Shown here piece after piece: positions 1 to 9,474 of a stretch of 38,558 nt of DNA. Within the stretch, counting starts at the first letter, position 1; each line of letters opens with the position of its first letter. Made by a program: the position numbers and the translations under genes. The notes beneath the pieces are model-generated. The model searched no databases. It had not been told where the DNA came from and worked only from the letters and a program-made list of their open reading frames with translations. The stretch covers positions 1-38,558 of the forward strand of contig JANOAV010000108.1 in assembly GCA_031411295.1 (NCBI GenBank), given 5' to 3'. The stretch comes from Verrucomicrobiales bacterium (lineage in GTDB: Bacteria > Verrucomicrobiota > Verrucomicrobiia > Verrucomicrobiales > V1-33).

Positions 1-111
1 GGATCGTCTGCCTGCGGCCCCATAACCACCCTCAGAAACACGCTCTCGCTACGCCCCAACGCTCGGCTACCCAATGCACCGTCCAGATGCTAACCAGTCC
101 ACGAATCACGC

Positions 112-3100
112 TTGCGTTCCGCGGAGCGGCTTTGTCCAACAGGTGACTTCGCCACGATCGGCGCGGCCATCGTAGCCGTGCAGACGAGCACGCTAAGCGG
201 CCCCCTCGTGCTCGAACTTCAGCCGACCTACGTCAGCACCGTGGAGACCTTTCCGCTGGTCTTCAGTGATCTGGGCACTACGGCGGCGAACACCCTCACC
301 ATCCGCCCGGCCTTGGGCGCGACCGGGCTTTCCATCTCCAGCGCGGACACCACCGCGGCGACGGTGGATTTGAATGGCGCACAGTTTGTCACCTTTGACG
401 GGCGGCCCGGCGGCGTCGGCAGCCATGCCGGGAGCGGCGTTGGCACGGCCTCCCAGCTCACCATCGAAAACACCAGCACCAGCGGCATCGCGGTGCGCTA
501 CATCAACGAGGCGATCAGCAACACTCTCAGCTACGTCAGACTTCGGAGCGCGAATACCAACCGGGACACTGGAACGGTTTTTTTCAGCACCACCACGGGC
601 GCAAACGGAAACGACAACAACATCGTTGACCACTGTGACATCGGAGATGGCGCGAGCACTCCAGCTACCGGACTTCACTCCCTGGGCACCACGACCACCA
701 CGGAGCAATACAATAGCGGCAACTCGGTCACCAACAGCAACATCTTCAATTTCCACAGCACCACCACGACCTCGAAGGGTGTGTATATCGACTCTGGAAG
801 CAAGGACTGGACCCTCACCGGCAACAGCTTTTACCAGACGATCAGTCGCGCTGCGGTCCCCTCGCTTGTGACCGCCATCGATGTCGCCGGCGAAAACACC
901 ACGGTGACAGGCAACTTTATCGGAGGCAGCGCCCCAAACGCAGGAGGCACACCTTGGACGGCAACCGGCACCTCTACCGCCACGGTCTTCTACGGCATCA
1001 ATCTCTTTCTTACCACCACCCCTCCGAGCAACGTGCAGGGGAACACGATCGCAAATATGCTCTGGTCGACAGCAAGCACCAATGGCGCTGCCGGATTACC
1101 CGGCATTTGGAACGGGATTTTCGTGTCCAGGGGTAATGTGAACATCGGCACGGTGACGGGCAACACCATCGGCAGCGGCACGGGCACGGGTTCCATCTCG
1201 GTCACCACGTCGGGAAATGGCGGCACCAGCATCGGCATCGGTGTCGGAACGCAGGCCGGCAGCAACACGGTGGCCATCTCCAACAACACCATCGGCTCCA
1301 TCACGGTGAACGGTTCGGCCACGACCGTCTCCGCCTCGCTCGTCGGCATTCAAGTGACGGCGGGGACGAACACCATCAGCAACAACACCGTGGGCAGCAC
1401 CACCACCGCGAACAGCCTCAACGCCGCCACTTCATCCACGGCCACCACCGGGCAGCGCGTGTCCGGCATTCTCAGCTCAAGCACACTCAGCGCGAACATC
1501 ACTGGCAACACCGTGGCCAATCTCAACAACAACTACGCCGGCACGGCGAACGGCACCTTTCCACCAGGCAGCGTCTCCGGGCAGATTCGCGGCATCGTCA
1601 GCTCCGCCGGGGTGAACACCATCACCAGCAACACCGTCCGCAACCTTTCCACGACGAGCGCGAATTCGAACGGGACCATAAACCAGTCTGTCTATGGCAT
1701 CGTTCAGACTTCGACGCTGGCGGGTCAAGCCGTGTCGCAAAATACCGTGCATTCCCTCGCCAACACGGCGGCCTCGGCGGCGGTCAGCGTGACCGGGATT
1801 TACTTCGCCGGCCCGACCAGCGGCGTGAATGTCATCGCACGGAATCTGGTGCACAGCCTTGCGGTCTCCTCCAGCAGCGGCACGTCGCAGTTGAAGGGAA
1901 TGGAGTTCGCGGCCGGGGCCTTCACCGCGCAGAACAACATGGTGCGCGTGGGAATCAAGGCGGACGGCACCAGCACGGCGGGCTCAGGCACCGTGCGCGG
2001 CCTCTTTGACAACAGCTCCACGGCGGGCCGGAACTTCTACCACAACTCCGTCTATGTCGGGGGCACGCAGACCTCCGGCGCGGCGAGCACACTCGCCTTC
2101 CAAAGCACCGGCGCGACGAATGCCCGCACCTACCAGAACAACCTCTTCGTCAACGCCCGCAGCAACAGCGGCGGCACCGGCAAGCACTACGCCGCGCAAT
2201 ACGGCGGCACGACCGTGAACCCCACTGGCCTCACGGCGGGGGGCAATCTCTTTCTCGCCAGCGGCACCGGCGGCGTGCTCGGCCTCTACAACGGCGCCGA
2301 CTGCGCCGACCTCTCCGCGTGGCAGTCCGCGACCGGGCAGGACGCCACCAGCTACAACGTGGACCCGCGCTTCATCAACCCCACCGGCACCGCCGCCACG
2401 GTGGACCTGCATTTACAAACCGTGAACCCCGCCGAAGCCAAGGGCGTGGCGGGCACGGGCGTGACGGATGATTTCGACGGCCAGACGCGCAGCAGCTACT
2501 CGCCCGACGACATCGGAGCCGATGCGGGCAATTTCACCTACGCCGCCAGCAGCACGGAGATGAACCCGGTCATTAGCTACACCCCCGCCGCCAACACCAA
2601 CAGCACCGCCAACCGCGTCTTGACCGGCTTTGCCACCATCACCGATGACGTGAGCGTGGCCGTCGGCGGAGATGCCTCGCGCCTTTACTTTAAAAAGAGC
2701 ACCGAGGCCGATGCCTTCGTCGGCAACACTGCGGCGGACAACGGCTGGAAATACGTGACCGCCGGGAATGCCAGCAGCCCGTATGATTTCACCGTGGACT
2801 ACGCGTTGCTCACCAGCAGCGTGGGTGGCGGCGATGTGATCCAATACTTCGTCGTCGCGCAGGACGGCGCGGGCAACTTCGCCTCCAGCCCCTCCGGTGC
2901 GGCCTACTCCAGCACTGCCGCGCCCGTGACGACCGTCAACGCCCGGCCCGCCACGGTGCCGAGCTATCGCATCCTCAGCACGGACCTCTCCGCCCTGACG
3001 CTCAGCAGCGGCACGCTCGCCCCCGGCTTCGCCGCCAACGTGACGAGCTACACCGCGACCGTGGCCAACAGCGTGAGCAGCCTGCTCGTGACCCCCACGC

Positions 3101-4374
3101 CCGCCGACCCGACTGCGACCGTGACCGTGAACGGCAGCACCCCCGCCAGCCCTGTCGGCCTGAGTGTCGGCGCAAACACCCTTACCATCGTCGTGACCGC
3201 CAGCGACAGCACGACGAAGACTTACACGGTGACGGTGACTCGCGCCGCGCCACCCGCCCCTGACATAGGCGTCGCGCAAACCAGCGCCGTGGCCGATGGT
3301 GGCAGCATTGACTTCGGCACCGTGACGCTCGGCAGCAGCAGCGCCGCGAAGACGTTCATCATCACCAACCCCGGCACGGCGGACCTGACCAGCCTCGCCA
3401 TCACCGGCGCGACCAGCGAGTTCACCGTCAGCTCCCTGAGCGGCACCAGCATCCCAGTCGGCAGCGGAAGTGTGACCTTCAGCGTCACCTTCACCCCCAG
3501 CGCCAGTGGCACGAGAACCGCCACGCTGCAAATCGCTAGCAACGTGGTGGGCGCGAAGAACCCGTATGATATTACACTAACAGGGGACGCGAGCGAACCC
3601 AACAACGCCCCCACCATCACGAGTAACGGCGGAGGTGCGAGTGCTTCCATCAGTGTGGATGAAAATTCCACCGCAGTATCCACGATCGTGGCGACGGACA
3701 ATGACACACCTGCACAAACGATCACTTATTCCAAAAGCGGAGCGGACGCAGCGTTGTTCAGCATTAATTCAACTAACGGAACGCTGACGTTCGTTGTCGC
3801 TCCCGATTTTGAAACCAATCCTGGTCCGTTCAATATCACGGTAACCGCCACGGACAACGGTTCTCCGAATCTCAGCGACTCACAGGTTCTGACCATTTCC
3901 ATAACCGACCTTGCCGATACTCCTCAGCAACTCTGGCGTGCAGCTAATTTTGCCGGAGTTATCGGCAACACTGGAAGCGCTGCAAATACCGCTGATTCCG
4001 ATGGTGACACTTACAGTAATCTGTTGGAATACGCCTTCGGAACCGATCCCAACAACCCGGCTAGTGGCCCAGGTGAAATCACCTTTGATGCAGGTGCTAT
4101 TTCCCTGCGCGCTCAGCCGAAACTCACCGTCACTAACACCGCTACCGGAGTAAATTTCCGAGCCAACTTTGGCCGACGAAAGGATTACGTGGCAGCAGGC
4201 CTAACCTACAAAGTTCAGTTCAGCGCAGACATGCAAACCTGGCAGGACAGCACGGCCACCCCCACAGTTCTGGCTTCCGACGCTGAGATGGATGCCGTGT
4301 CTGTGAAGTATCCGTTCTTCCTTCAGGATGGCCGCAAGGCGCAATACTATCGCGTGGAGGTGAGCGTGCCGTGA
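112..4374 (+). CDS. Large secreted/surface protein (beta-helix repeats, cadherin-like beta-sandwich, choice-of-anchor D-like Ig, cadherin, Verrucomicrobial-type C-terminal domain); 5' end apparently truncated
   Basis: 1420-aa Thr/Ser/Gly/Asn-rich ORF with repeated 'xISNNTxG/N' beta-helix rungs, 'DLSALTLSSGTLAPGF..TSY' cadherin-like module, 'IDFGTV..KTFIITNPGTADL' module, 'NNAPTITS..VDEN..PDFE' cadherin, and C-terminal 'DSDGDTYSNLLEYAFGTDP'. TTG start, no signal peptide, in-frame TAA at 91-93. Confidence 0.8.
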   Translation: MRSAERLCPTGDFATIGAAIVAVQTSTLSGPLVLELQPTYVSTVETFPLVFSDLGTTAANTLTIRPALGATGLSISSADTTAATVDLNGAQFVTFDGRPGGVGSHAGSGVGTASQLTIENTSTSGIAVRYINEAISNTLSYVRLRSANTNRDTGTVFFSTTTGANGNDNNIVDHCDIGDGASTPATGLHSLGTTTTTEQYNSGNSVTNSNIFNFHSTTTTSKGVYIDSGSKDWTLTGNSFYQTISRAAVPSLVTAIDVAGENTTVTGNFIGGSAPNAGGTPWTATGTSTATVFYGINLFLTTTPPSNVQGNTIANMLWSTASTNGAAGLPGIWNGIFVSRGNVNIGTVTGNTIGSGTGTGSISVTTSGNGGTSIGIGVGTQAGSNTVAISNNTIGSITVNGSATTVSASLVGIQVTAGTNTISNNTVGSTTTANSLNAATSSTATTGQRVSGILSSSTLSANITGNTVANLNNNYAGTANGTFPPGSVSGQIRGIVSSAGVNTITSNTVRNLSTTSANSNGTINQSVYGIVQTSTLAGQAVSQNTVHSLANTAASAAVSVTGIYFAGPTSGVNVIARNLVHSLAVSSSSGTSQLKGMEFAAGAFTAQNNMVRVGIKADGTSTAGSGTVRGLFDNSSTAGRNFYHNSVYVGGTQTSGAASTLAFQSTGATNARTYQNNLFVNARSNSGGTGKHYAAQYGGTTVNPTGLTAGGNLFLASGTGGVLGLYNGADCADLSAWQSATGQDATSYNVDPRFINPTGTAATVDLHLQTVNPAEAKGVAGTGVTDDFDGQTRSSYSPDDIGADAGNFTYAASSTEMNPVISYTPAANTNSTANRVLTGFATITDDVSVAVGGDASRLYFKKSTEADAFVGNTAADNGWKYVTAGNASSPYDFTVDYALLTSSVGGGDVIQYFVVAQDGAGNFASSPSGAAYSSTAAPVTTVNARPATVPSYRILSTDLSALTLSSGTLAPGFAANVTSYTATVANSVSSLLVTPTPADPTATVTVNGSTPASPVGLSVGANTLTIVVTASDSTTKTYTVTVTRAAPPAPDIGVAQTSAVADGGSIDFGTVTLGSSSAAKTFIITNPGTADLTSLAITGATSEFTVSSLSGTSIPVGSGSVTFSVTFTPSASGTRTATLQIASNVVGAKNPYDITLTGDASEPNNAPTITSNGGGASASISVDENSTAVSTIVATDNDTPAQTITYSKSGADAALFSINSTNGTLTFVVAPDFETNPGPFNITVTATDNGSPNLSDSQVLTISITDLADTPQQLWRAANFAGVIGNTGSAANTADSDGDTYSNLLEYAFGTDPNNPASGPGEITFDAGAISLRAQPKLTVTNTATGVNFRANFGRRKDYVAAGLTYKVQFSADMQTWQDSTATPTVLASDAEMDAVSVKYPFFLQDGRKAQYYRVEVSVP

Positions 4375-4378
4375 TCCC

Positions 4379-4462
4379 AAAGGACGAACGGGACTTAAAG
4401 GACGGAAGGGACAGCCTTCGCCTTGAGTCCCTGAAGTCACTAAAGTCCTTTTAGTCCCTTTT
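4379..4462. repeat. Imperfect inverted repeat built from 9-bp units (4x AAGGGACnn-like, spacer, 4x nnGTCCCTT-like)
   Basis: aaaggacga-acgggactt-aaaggacgg-aagggacag ... gagtccctg-aagtcacta-aagtccttt-tagtccctt, read directly from the sequence. Confidence 0.8.
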
Positions 4463-4478
4463 CAAAATTTCCAAAGCC

Positions 4479-5951
4479 ATGAAAACACAATTCATCCTAG
4501 CCGCAGCACTCCTCACCAGCGCCCCGGCAGCCACCATTTACAGCAACCTCCAGGACATTGGTGTGCCCACCAACTTCACTGGCGTCTATCTGGATGTGGA
4601 CACTGGAACCACCAGCACCACGCCTGCCACCGGCTGGGACATCAACCCGTTCTTCGGTGGCGTGGGTGTGGCCAACAGCGCAGCATTTCAGCCCGTGCGC
4701 ACCGCCACGGGGAACTTGGATGCGGTGTTGAATCTGGCGCAGGGCACCATGATTTCCGGCGGCCTAACTTACTCCAGCGGATTCGGTGGATCGGGTGATG
4801 ACAATGAGCACATCGGTGCTGGCGCGACTCAGTTTCAAGTGGGTCAGGAAGGATATCTTGGTTTCAAGTTCATGAAAAACGACGGTTCCGGCCCGTATTT
4901 AGGCTGGATGCGCGTGGTCTTCACCAACAACACCGGTGGCTCCATGATCAAGGACTGGGGCTACGACGACGCGGGCGGCAGCATCAACGTCGGCCGCATC
5001 CAACAAAGCGCAGCCAGCGCTGGTGCGCAAACTGTGACACTATCGCCTGGAGTGGGGGAGAGTTTTAACCTCGGTTCCGCCATCACCAACACCAATGGAA
5101 ACGTCAACAGCCTTGTCAAAACAGGGTCTGGCAGCACCACGCTCACGGTCGCTAACAGCTACGCCGGCACCACCGATATCCAAGGCGGCACCTTATTGCT
5201 GAGCGGAAATGGAAATTTACCAAGCACCACGGCCGTGACTCTCTCCGGCACTGGCGCGACCCTGAACCTTGCAGCCACTGCTGCGACCAGCATGAGTTTG
5301 GCTTCGCTCTCAGGCGTGGTGGGATCATCCGTGGAGCTTGGTAATCATTCATTAGAAGTGGGGAGCAATAACACGGACTTCGTCTACAGCGGCAACATTT
5401 CAGGAAACGGCGGAAGCCTTATAAAGCAAGGAACTGGGACCATGACTCTGAGTGGCCAAAACACCTACTCCCACAACACCGAAATCCAAAAAGGCAGCAT
5501 CCTACTCGGAGCCAACAACGTCCTCCCAGACACCGCTGCGCTCAGCCTCAGCACAGGAACCAAGCTATCCACCGGCGGCTACAGTGACACCACCGGAGCG
5601 CTGGCGGTGAATGGTGCCGCCATCATTGATCTGGGAACTGGAAATTCTGTCCTAACCTTCAACTCGATTAGCGCTTGGGCGGATATGCTCAGCGTCTGGA
5701 ACTACACTGGAGCGCCTTGGACGGCAGGTGGCACGGACCAACTACGGTTCAATAATCCAGTAAACATCAACCTCGCCAACGTCACCTTCTATAGCGATAA
5801 CGGCGTGACTCCGATTGGCACGGGCGGTGGCGGGTTGATTGGGAATGAACTCGTGCCAGTGCCTGAGCCGAAAGCAATTCTTGCTGGTCTGTGTTTATTG
5901 GGACTCGCTTGCTGGCGAGATCGGCGGCGGCGGCATAGCCCTGGAAATTAA
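4479..5951 (+). CDS. PEP-CTERM surface protein with autotransporter-associated beta-strand repeats
   Basis: Signal peptide MKTQFILAAALLTSAPA; two passenger-type repeats ('LVKTGSGSTTLTVANSYAGTT', 'LIKQGTGTMTLSGQNTYS'); C-terminus VPEP + hydrophobic helix + RDRRRR. Confidence 0.92.
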   Translation: MKTQFILAAALLTSAPAATIYSNLQDIGVPTNFTGVYLDVDTGTTSTTPATGWDINPFFGGVGVANSAAFQPVRTATGNLDAVLNLAQGTMISGGLTYSSGFGGSGDDNEHIGAGATQFQVGQEGYLGFKFMKNDGSGPYLGWMRVVFTNNTGGSMIKDWGYDDAGGSINVGRIQQSAASAGAQTVTLSPGVGESFNLGSAITNTNGNVNSLVKTGSGSTTLTVANSYAGTTDIQGGTLLLSGNGNLPSTTAVTLSGTGATLNLAATAATSMSLASLSGVVGSSVELGNHSLEVGSNNTDFVYSGNISGNGGSLIKQGTGTMTLSGQNTYSHNTEIQKGSILLGANNVLPDTAALSLSTGTKLSTGGYSDTTGALAVNGAAIIDLGTGNSVLTFNSISAWADMLSVWNYTGAPWTAGGTDQLRFNNPVNINLANVTFYSDNGVTPIGTGGGGLIGNELVPVPEPKAILAGLCLLGLACWRDRRRRHSPGN

Positions 5952-7330
5952 GGCGCGCGCTTCTTCTCGAGGGCGTTTTTCAGGTCCTGCAGTTCGGAAA
6001 GTTGACGATTTTCTTTTTGAATTTCGCTGGCCATGGCCTCGGCTCCGGGCACATCGCCAGCGGCCAGGCGACTTTTACCCACGATGACTTTGAGGTAGGG
6101 GTCGTGGCCAATTTCCTTGTAGGCCTTGAGCCAGGCGGCTTCTACGGCAGCTTTGTTTTCCAGTTTTGTTTCCACTTCCGCCAGGAGATTACCCGTCACC
6201 AAGGCATCCGAGCCCAGTGAGGCGGGCAAGGTGGGGGGATCGCTGAGGCGCTTTTTGAAGGTTTCCAACTGCTCGGCGGTGGTGATACTGTCCAGTAACC
6301 TTTGATAGGCATGGATGGCAATGTCGTATCCTTGGGCGGACTTTTGGAAGGTCTCGGGCAATTCTTTCAGATCTGACAAGGTGCTGGGTTTATTCAAGGC
6401 GTCCAGGCCGATCATGGATTTGATGGCGAGGATTTGTTCCTTGCTTAGATCTTCCCCGAAGACGGCTTTCCAAGGGCGGTTGGTTGATTGATCGGTGGCC
6501 ACTACTTCCCGGATCACCTCCCGGCGGATGCTGTCGCTGGCGAACATGGCGCGTTGGCAGTCCCAGATGTCCACGATGCGCAATTTCTCAACGGCCTCAG
6601 CGCCATCGGTGGGGGTAGGTTTGACGGGAACGAGCAGGAAGTCGAAATACTGCACGCGTCCTTCCTTGGGCATGGTGCGCAGGAGTAAGCACGGGTAGCC
6701 ATCACGCAGGCGAATTTTGACAAATTGCGCAGGCATGCGGTCGATATCGCCACCGAGAATCTGACGAAACAGACCCGGGTTGTCGGAGACCCACTTGGTC
6801 TTCAATTCTTCGCGCACTTCCGTGCTTTGGCGCAGCGTCAGTTCCATCTTCCGGCTCACACGGTAGATCACTTCATCCCAGATCACATGGCGCATTAATT
6901 CGTCCTTGCGGCCTTCCCGCAGTTGGGTGGCTAGTCCTTGGCCGAGATCGATCAATTCTTTATCCCGGTCTTTCTCGAGGAGAACGGGCGGATACGGATC
7001 GTATTGCACTTCAATTTTATCCACGAATATTTTTTGAATCGCGAAGTAAACCAGCATGACCGGAAGGCCCAGGCCAACAATCCAGATCCCCATGTTGGCC
7101 CACGGGTTCGGAGCGCGGGGATCTTTGTGGCGTTTGCTCTTTTTTCCGGTGCCTTTGTATTTATCTCCCGCTTTCTTCGGAGCTTGCACGCGAGTATAGC
7201 CCTGCGGAGGCTGGCCACCCAGGTCGGCGGGAGCATACTGGTTGGGGTCGTAGTAGGCTTGATTGGGATCGTTCGGATCGTAATAAGCAGGCTGCGGCTG
7301 GTTGGGGTCGGGAAAGGGTGGTTGATTCAT
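5948..7330 (-). CDS. Hypothetical single-pass membrane protein with Pro/Gln/Tyr-rich N-terminus
   Basis: 460-aa ORF: low-complexity YYDPN repeats, basic stretch, one TM helix (MGIWIVGLGLPVMLVYFAI), large soluble domain. Confidence 0.8.
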   Translation of the reverse strand: MNQPPFPDPNQPQPAYYDPNDPNQAYYDPNQYAPADLGGQPPQGYTRVQAPKKAGDKYKGTGKKSKRHKDPRAPNPWANMGIWIVGLGLPVMLVYFAIQKIFVDKIEVQYDPYPPVLLEKDRDKELIDLGQGLATQLREGRKDELMRHVIWDEVIYRVSRKMELTLRQSTEVREELKTKWVSDNPGLFRQILGGDIDRMPAQFVKIRLRDGYPCLLLRTMPKEGRVQYFDFLLVPVKPTPTDGAEAVEKLRIVDIWDCQRAMFASDSIRREVIREVVATDQSTNRPWKAVFGEDLSKEQILAIKSMIGLDALNKPSTLSDLKELPETFQKSAQGYDIAIHAYQRLLDSITTAEQLETFKKRLSDPPTLPASLGSDALVTGNLLAEVETKLENKAAVEAAWLKAYKEIGHDPYLKVIVGKSRLAAGDVPGAEAMASEIQKENRQLSELQDLKNALEKKRAP

Positions 7331-7424
7331 ACGTGAAAATTGAGCTGAAACAGGGATTCGGCACGCCTAGTGTGGAGAGGTTGGACCGTAATGTCCAAAC
7401 GAAAATGCACCCTATCACATAATT

Positions 7425-8882
7425 ATGAATCCTCTCCAAGAATATCAGATACTGGAGTCCCGGCGGCAGTTCCTCACGCGCGGCAAGAACGCGCTCGGTT
7501 GGGCGGCCATGACAAGCCTGATGGGCAATCACTGGGGCGGGACGGCTCTGGCAGGCGAGGGGCCGAGCCATTTCCTGCCGCATTTCCCGGCCAAGGCCAA
7601 AAAGGTGATCTATCTCCACATGGTGGGCGGGCCTTCGCAGATGGATCTCTATGACTACAAGCCGCAGATGGATGCCTACTATGACAAAGATCTGCCGGAC
7701 AGCGTGCGCAATGGGCAACGGCTTACGGGGATGACCAGCGGGCAGGCGCGATTCCCGATTGCCCCCTGCAAATATAAATTTGCCCAACACGGCAAGGCTG
7801 GCATGTGGGTGAGCGAGTTGCTGCCGCAGACGGCCAAATGCGTCGATGACATGGCGTTTATCCGCTCGATGCACACCGAAGCAATCAATCACGAGCCTGC
7901 CATTTGCGCCATGCAGACGGGCAACATGGTCACTGGCAGACCGTGTATTGGTTCCTGGATCAGCTATGGATTGGGCTCGCTGAATCATAATCTGCCGACG
8001 TTTGTGGTCCTGATTGCAGAGCCCACTAATAAAGAGCAAATTCAGGCCATCTCGGGCCGACTCTGGAGCAGCGGCTTCATCAGCGGGGAGCACGCGGGAG
8101 TTTCGTTCCGCAGTGGGGGCGATCCCATTTTATACATCAACAATCCGCCTGGAGTTAGCCAAGCGATGCGGCGGATGCAGTTGGATGGCTTGCAGAAAAT
8201 GAATCAACTCACCAGCGCGCTGGTGGGTGATCCAGAGACGCACACGCGGATCCAGCAATTCGAAATGGCGTATCGCATGCAGGCCAGCGTGCCGGAACTA
8301 ACGGAAGTGAAGAACGAACCGGAATCGACTTATAAACTTTACGGAGAAGAAGCCCGCAAGCCGGGAACCTTCGCTTATTCAACTCTGCTGGCGCGTCGCT
8401 TAGTGGAGCGCGGCACGCGTTTCGTGCAGGTGTATTTGAACAATTGGGATCACCATGGGAATCTGGGTGGCCGCATGCCCAGCCAATGCAAGGACATTGA
8501 CCAAGCCACCTACGGTCTGATCAACGACTTGAAACAACGGGGTCTCTTCGACGAAACTTTGATCATCTGGGGCGGGGAATTCGGTCGCACCATTTACAGC
8601 CAGGGTGGCCTGACTCACGAAAACTACGGACGCGATCACCATCCCCGTGCCTTCACCATGTGGATGGCTGGCGGCGGCACCAAGGGGGGCACGATTTATG
8701 GGGAAACGGATGATTTCTCCTATAACATTGTGAAGGACCCAGTGCATGTGCGTGATTTCCATGCCACCATCCTCCATTTACTCGGCATCAATCACGAGCG
8801 CTTCAGCGTGCGCTACCAAGGCCTGGATGCCCGGTTGACCGGAGTCGAGCCATGTCGGGTGGTTTCGGAGTTGATTGCGTGA
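7425..8882 (+). CDS. DUF1501 family protein (sulfatase-like fold, Tat-like N-terminus)
   Basis: SRRQFL; 'KAKKVIYLHMVGGPSQMDLYDYKP', 'WDHH', 'TLIIWGGEFGRT', 'GRDHHP', 'HVRDFHATILHLLG', 'RLTGV' are typical DUF1501 motifs. Confidence 0.93.
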   Translation: MNPLQEYQILESRRQFLTRGKNALGWAAMTSLMGNHWGGTALAGEGPSHFLPHFPAKAKKVIYLHMVGGPSQMDLYDYKPQMDAYYDKDLPDSVRNGQRLTGMTSGQARFPIAPCKYKFAQHGKAGMWVSELLPQTAKCVDDMAFIRSMHTEAINHEPAICAMQTGNMVTGRPCIGSWISYGLGSLNHNLPTFVVLIAEPTNKEQIQAISGRLWSSGFISGEHAGVSFRSGGDPILYINNPPGVSQAMRRMQLDGLQKMNQLTSALVGDPETHTRIQQFEMAYRMQASVPELTEVKNEPESTYKLYGEEARKPGTFAYSTLLARRLVERGTRFVQVYLNNWDHHGNLGGRMPSQCKDIDQATYGLINDLKQRGLFDETLIIWGGEFGRTIYSQGGLTHENYGRDHHPRAFTMWMAGGGTKGGTIYGETDDFSYNIVKDPVHVRDFHATILHLLGINHERFSVRYQGLDARLTGVEPCRVVSELIA

Positions 8883-8971
8883 AAAGCACGAAGCGGCCTG
8901 CACGTCCCTCTGAGCGTTGCCTCCCAGCGCTAATGGCAGGCAAATGTTTCGCCATGCGACCCAGATCTTGA

Positions 8972-9287
8972 TATCGGCTGTGACTCTACGGAGAGGGACA
9001 GGAAATCTTACCCGCCCAAGGCGTGGCGTATCGTGCAGGCTTTAAGCTGAAAACCATAGTAGCCGTGCATGCCGCTGGCGGGAAACTCTCTCGCGGACAA
9101 ATGTTGCGGATCAAAGTGGATTAGCTAACGCGAGGGGATCTTCGGGAGCGCAGGATTTGTGAACGGCGTAGTTGCTTCCGTGCGAGAACGATTTGGGAAG
9201 AACCGTAAAAGCGATGCGAGGAAACTCACAGGCGTGGAGGCAGGGGATCTGCGGGTGTTGCGGGGTTTGCAAAAGGGAGTAGACTAG
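8972..9287 (+). pseudogene. Decayed C-terminal fragment of a RAYT/Y1 (IS200-like HUH) transposase
   Basis: Manual translation: YRL*LYGEGQE..RAGF..AAGGKLSRGQMLRIKVD*LTRG, frameshift at ~9137, then IFGSAGFVNGVVASVRERFGKNRKSDARKLTGVEAGDLRVLRGLQKGVD*. From recall, this resembles the C-terminus of Verrucomicrobial RAYT-type transposases (GGKLS..LRxRVRYFTDG.V.GS..FV..RxRFG.KR..GAR). Internal stops at 8981 and 9122. Confidence 0.7.
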
Positions 9288-9347
9288 GCTGGGGGCGATC
9301 ACCACCAAAGAAACTACTGCCCGCCGAGAATTCAACACCAAGTCGAA

Positions 9348-9470
9348 ATGTCATGTATTTATCAAATAAAGAGCCATTCAACTGATTCTTGCCCAGAGCC
9401 AATCAATTCGGCTTTAAAAAACTTTTTCGATGCCGTGCTCAAGTGCGGAAATGATAAGCCCTTAAATTAA
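9348..9470 (+). other. Short 40-aa AT-rich ORF, possibly a relic C-terminal gene fragment
   Basis: MSCIYQIKSHSTDSCPEPINSALKNFFDAVLKCGNDKPLN*; stop lies 4 bp before the next ATG. Confidence 0.3.
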
Positions 9471-9474
9471 CGTT

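Noticed and set aside
100..115. IS66-like terminal repeat (CGCTTGC versus CGCTTAC)
   Set aside because: Only a 7-bp match with a mismatch, no partner end or transposase visible, and it lies ~18 bp from the apparent gene breakpoint.
2413..3531. 372-aa minus-strand ORF and similar long antisense ORFs (7161-8093, 10803-11843, 35601-36422)
   Set aside because: Shadow frames of GC-rich genes on the opposite strand, with no recognisable motifs.
5948..5951. Convergent genes sharing overlapping stop codons (TTAA)
   Set aside because: Real, but common in compact bacterial genomes; no sign of special function.
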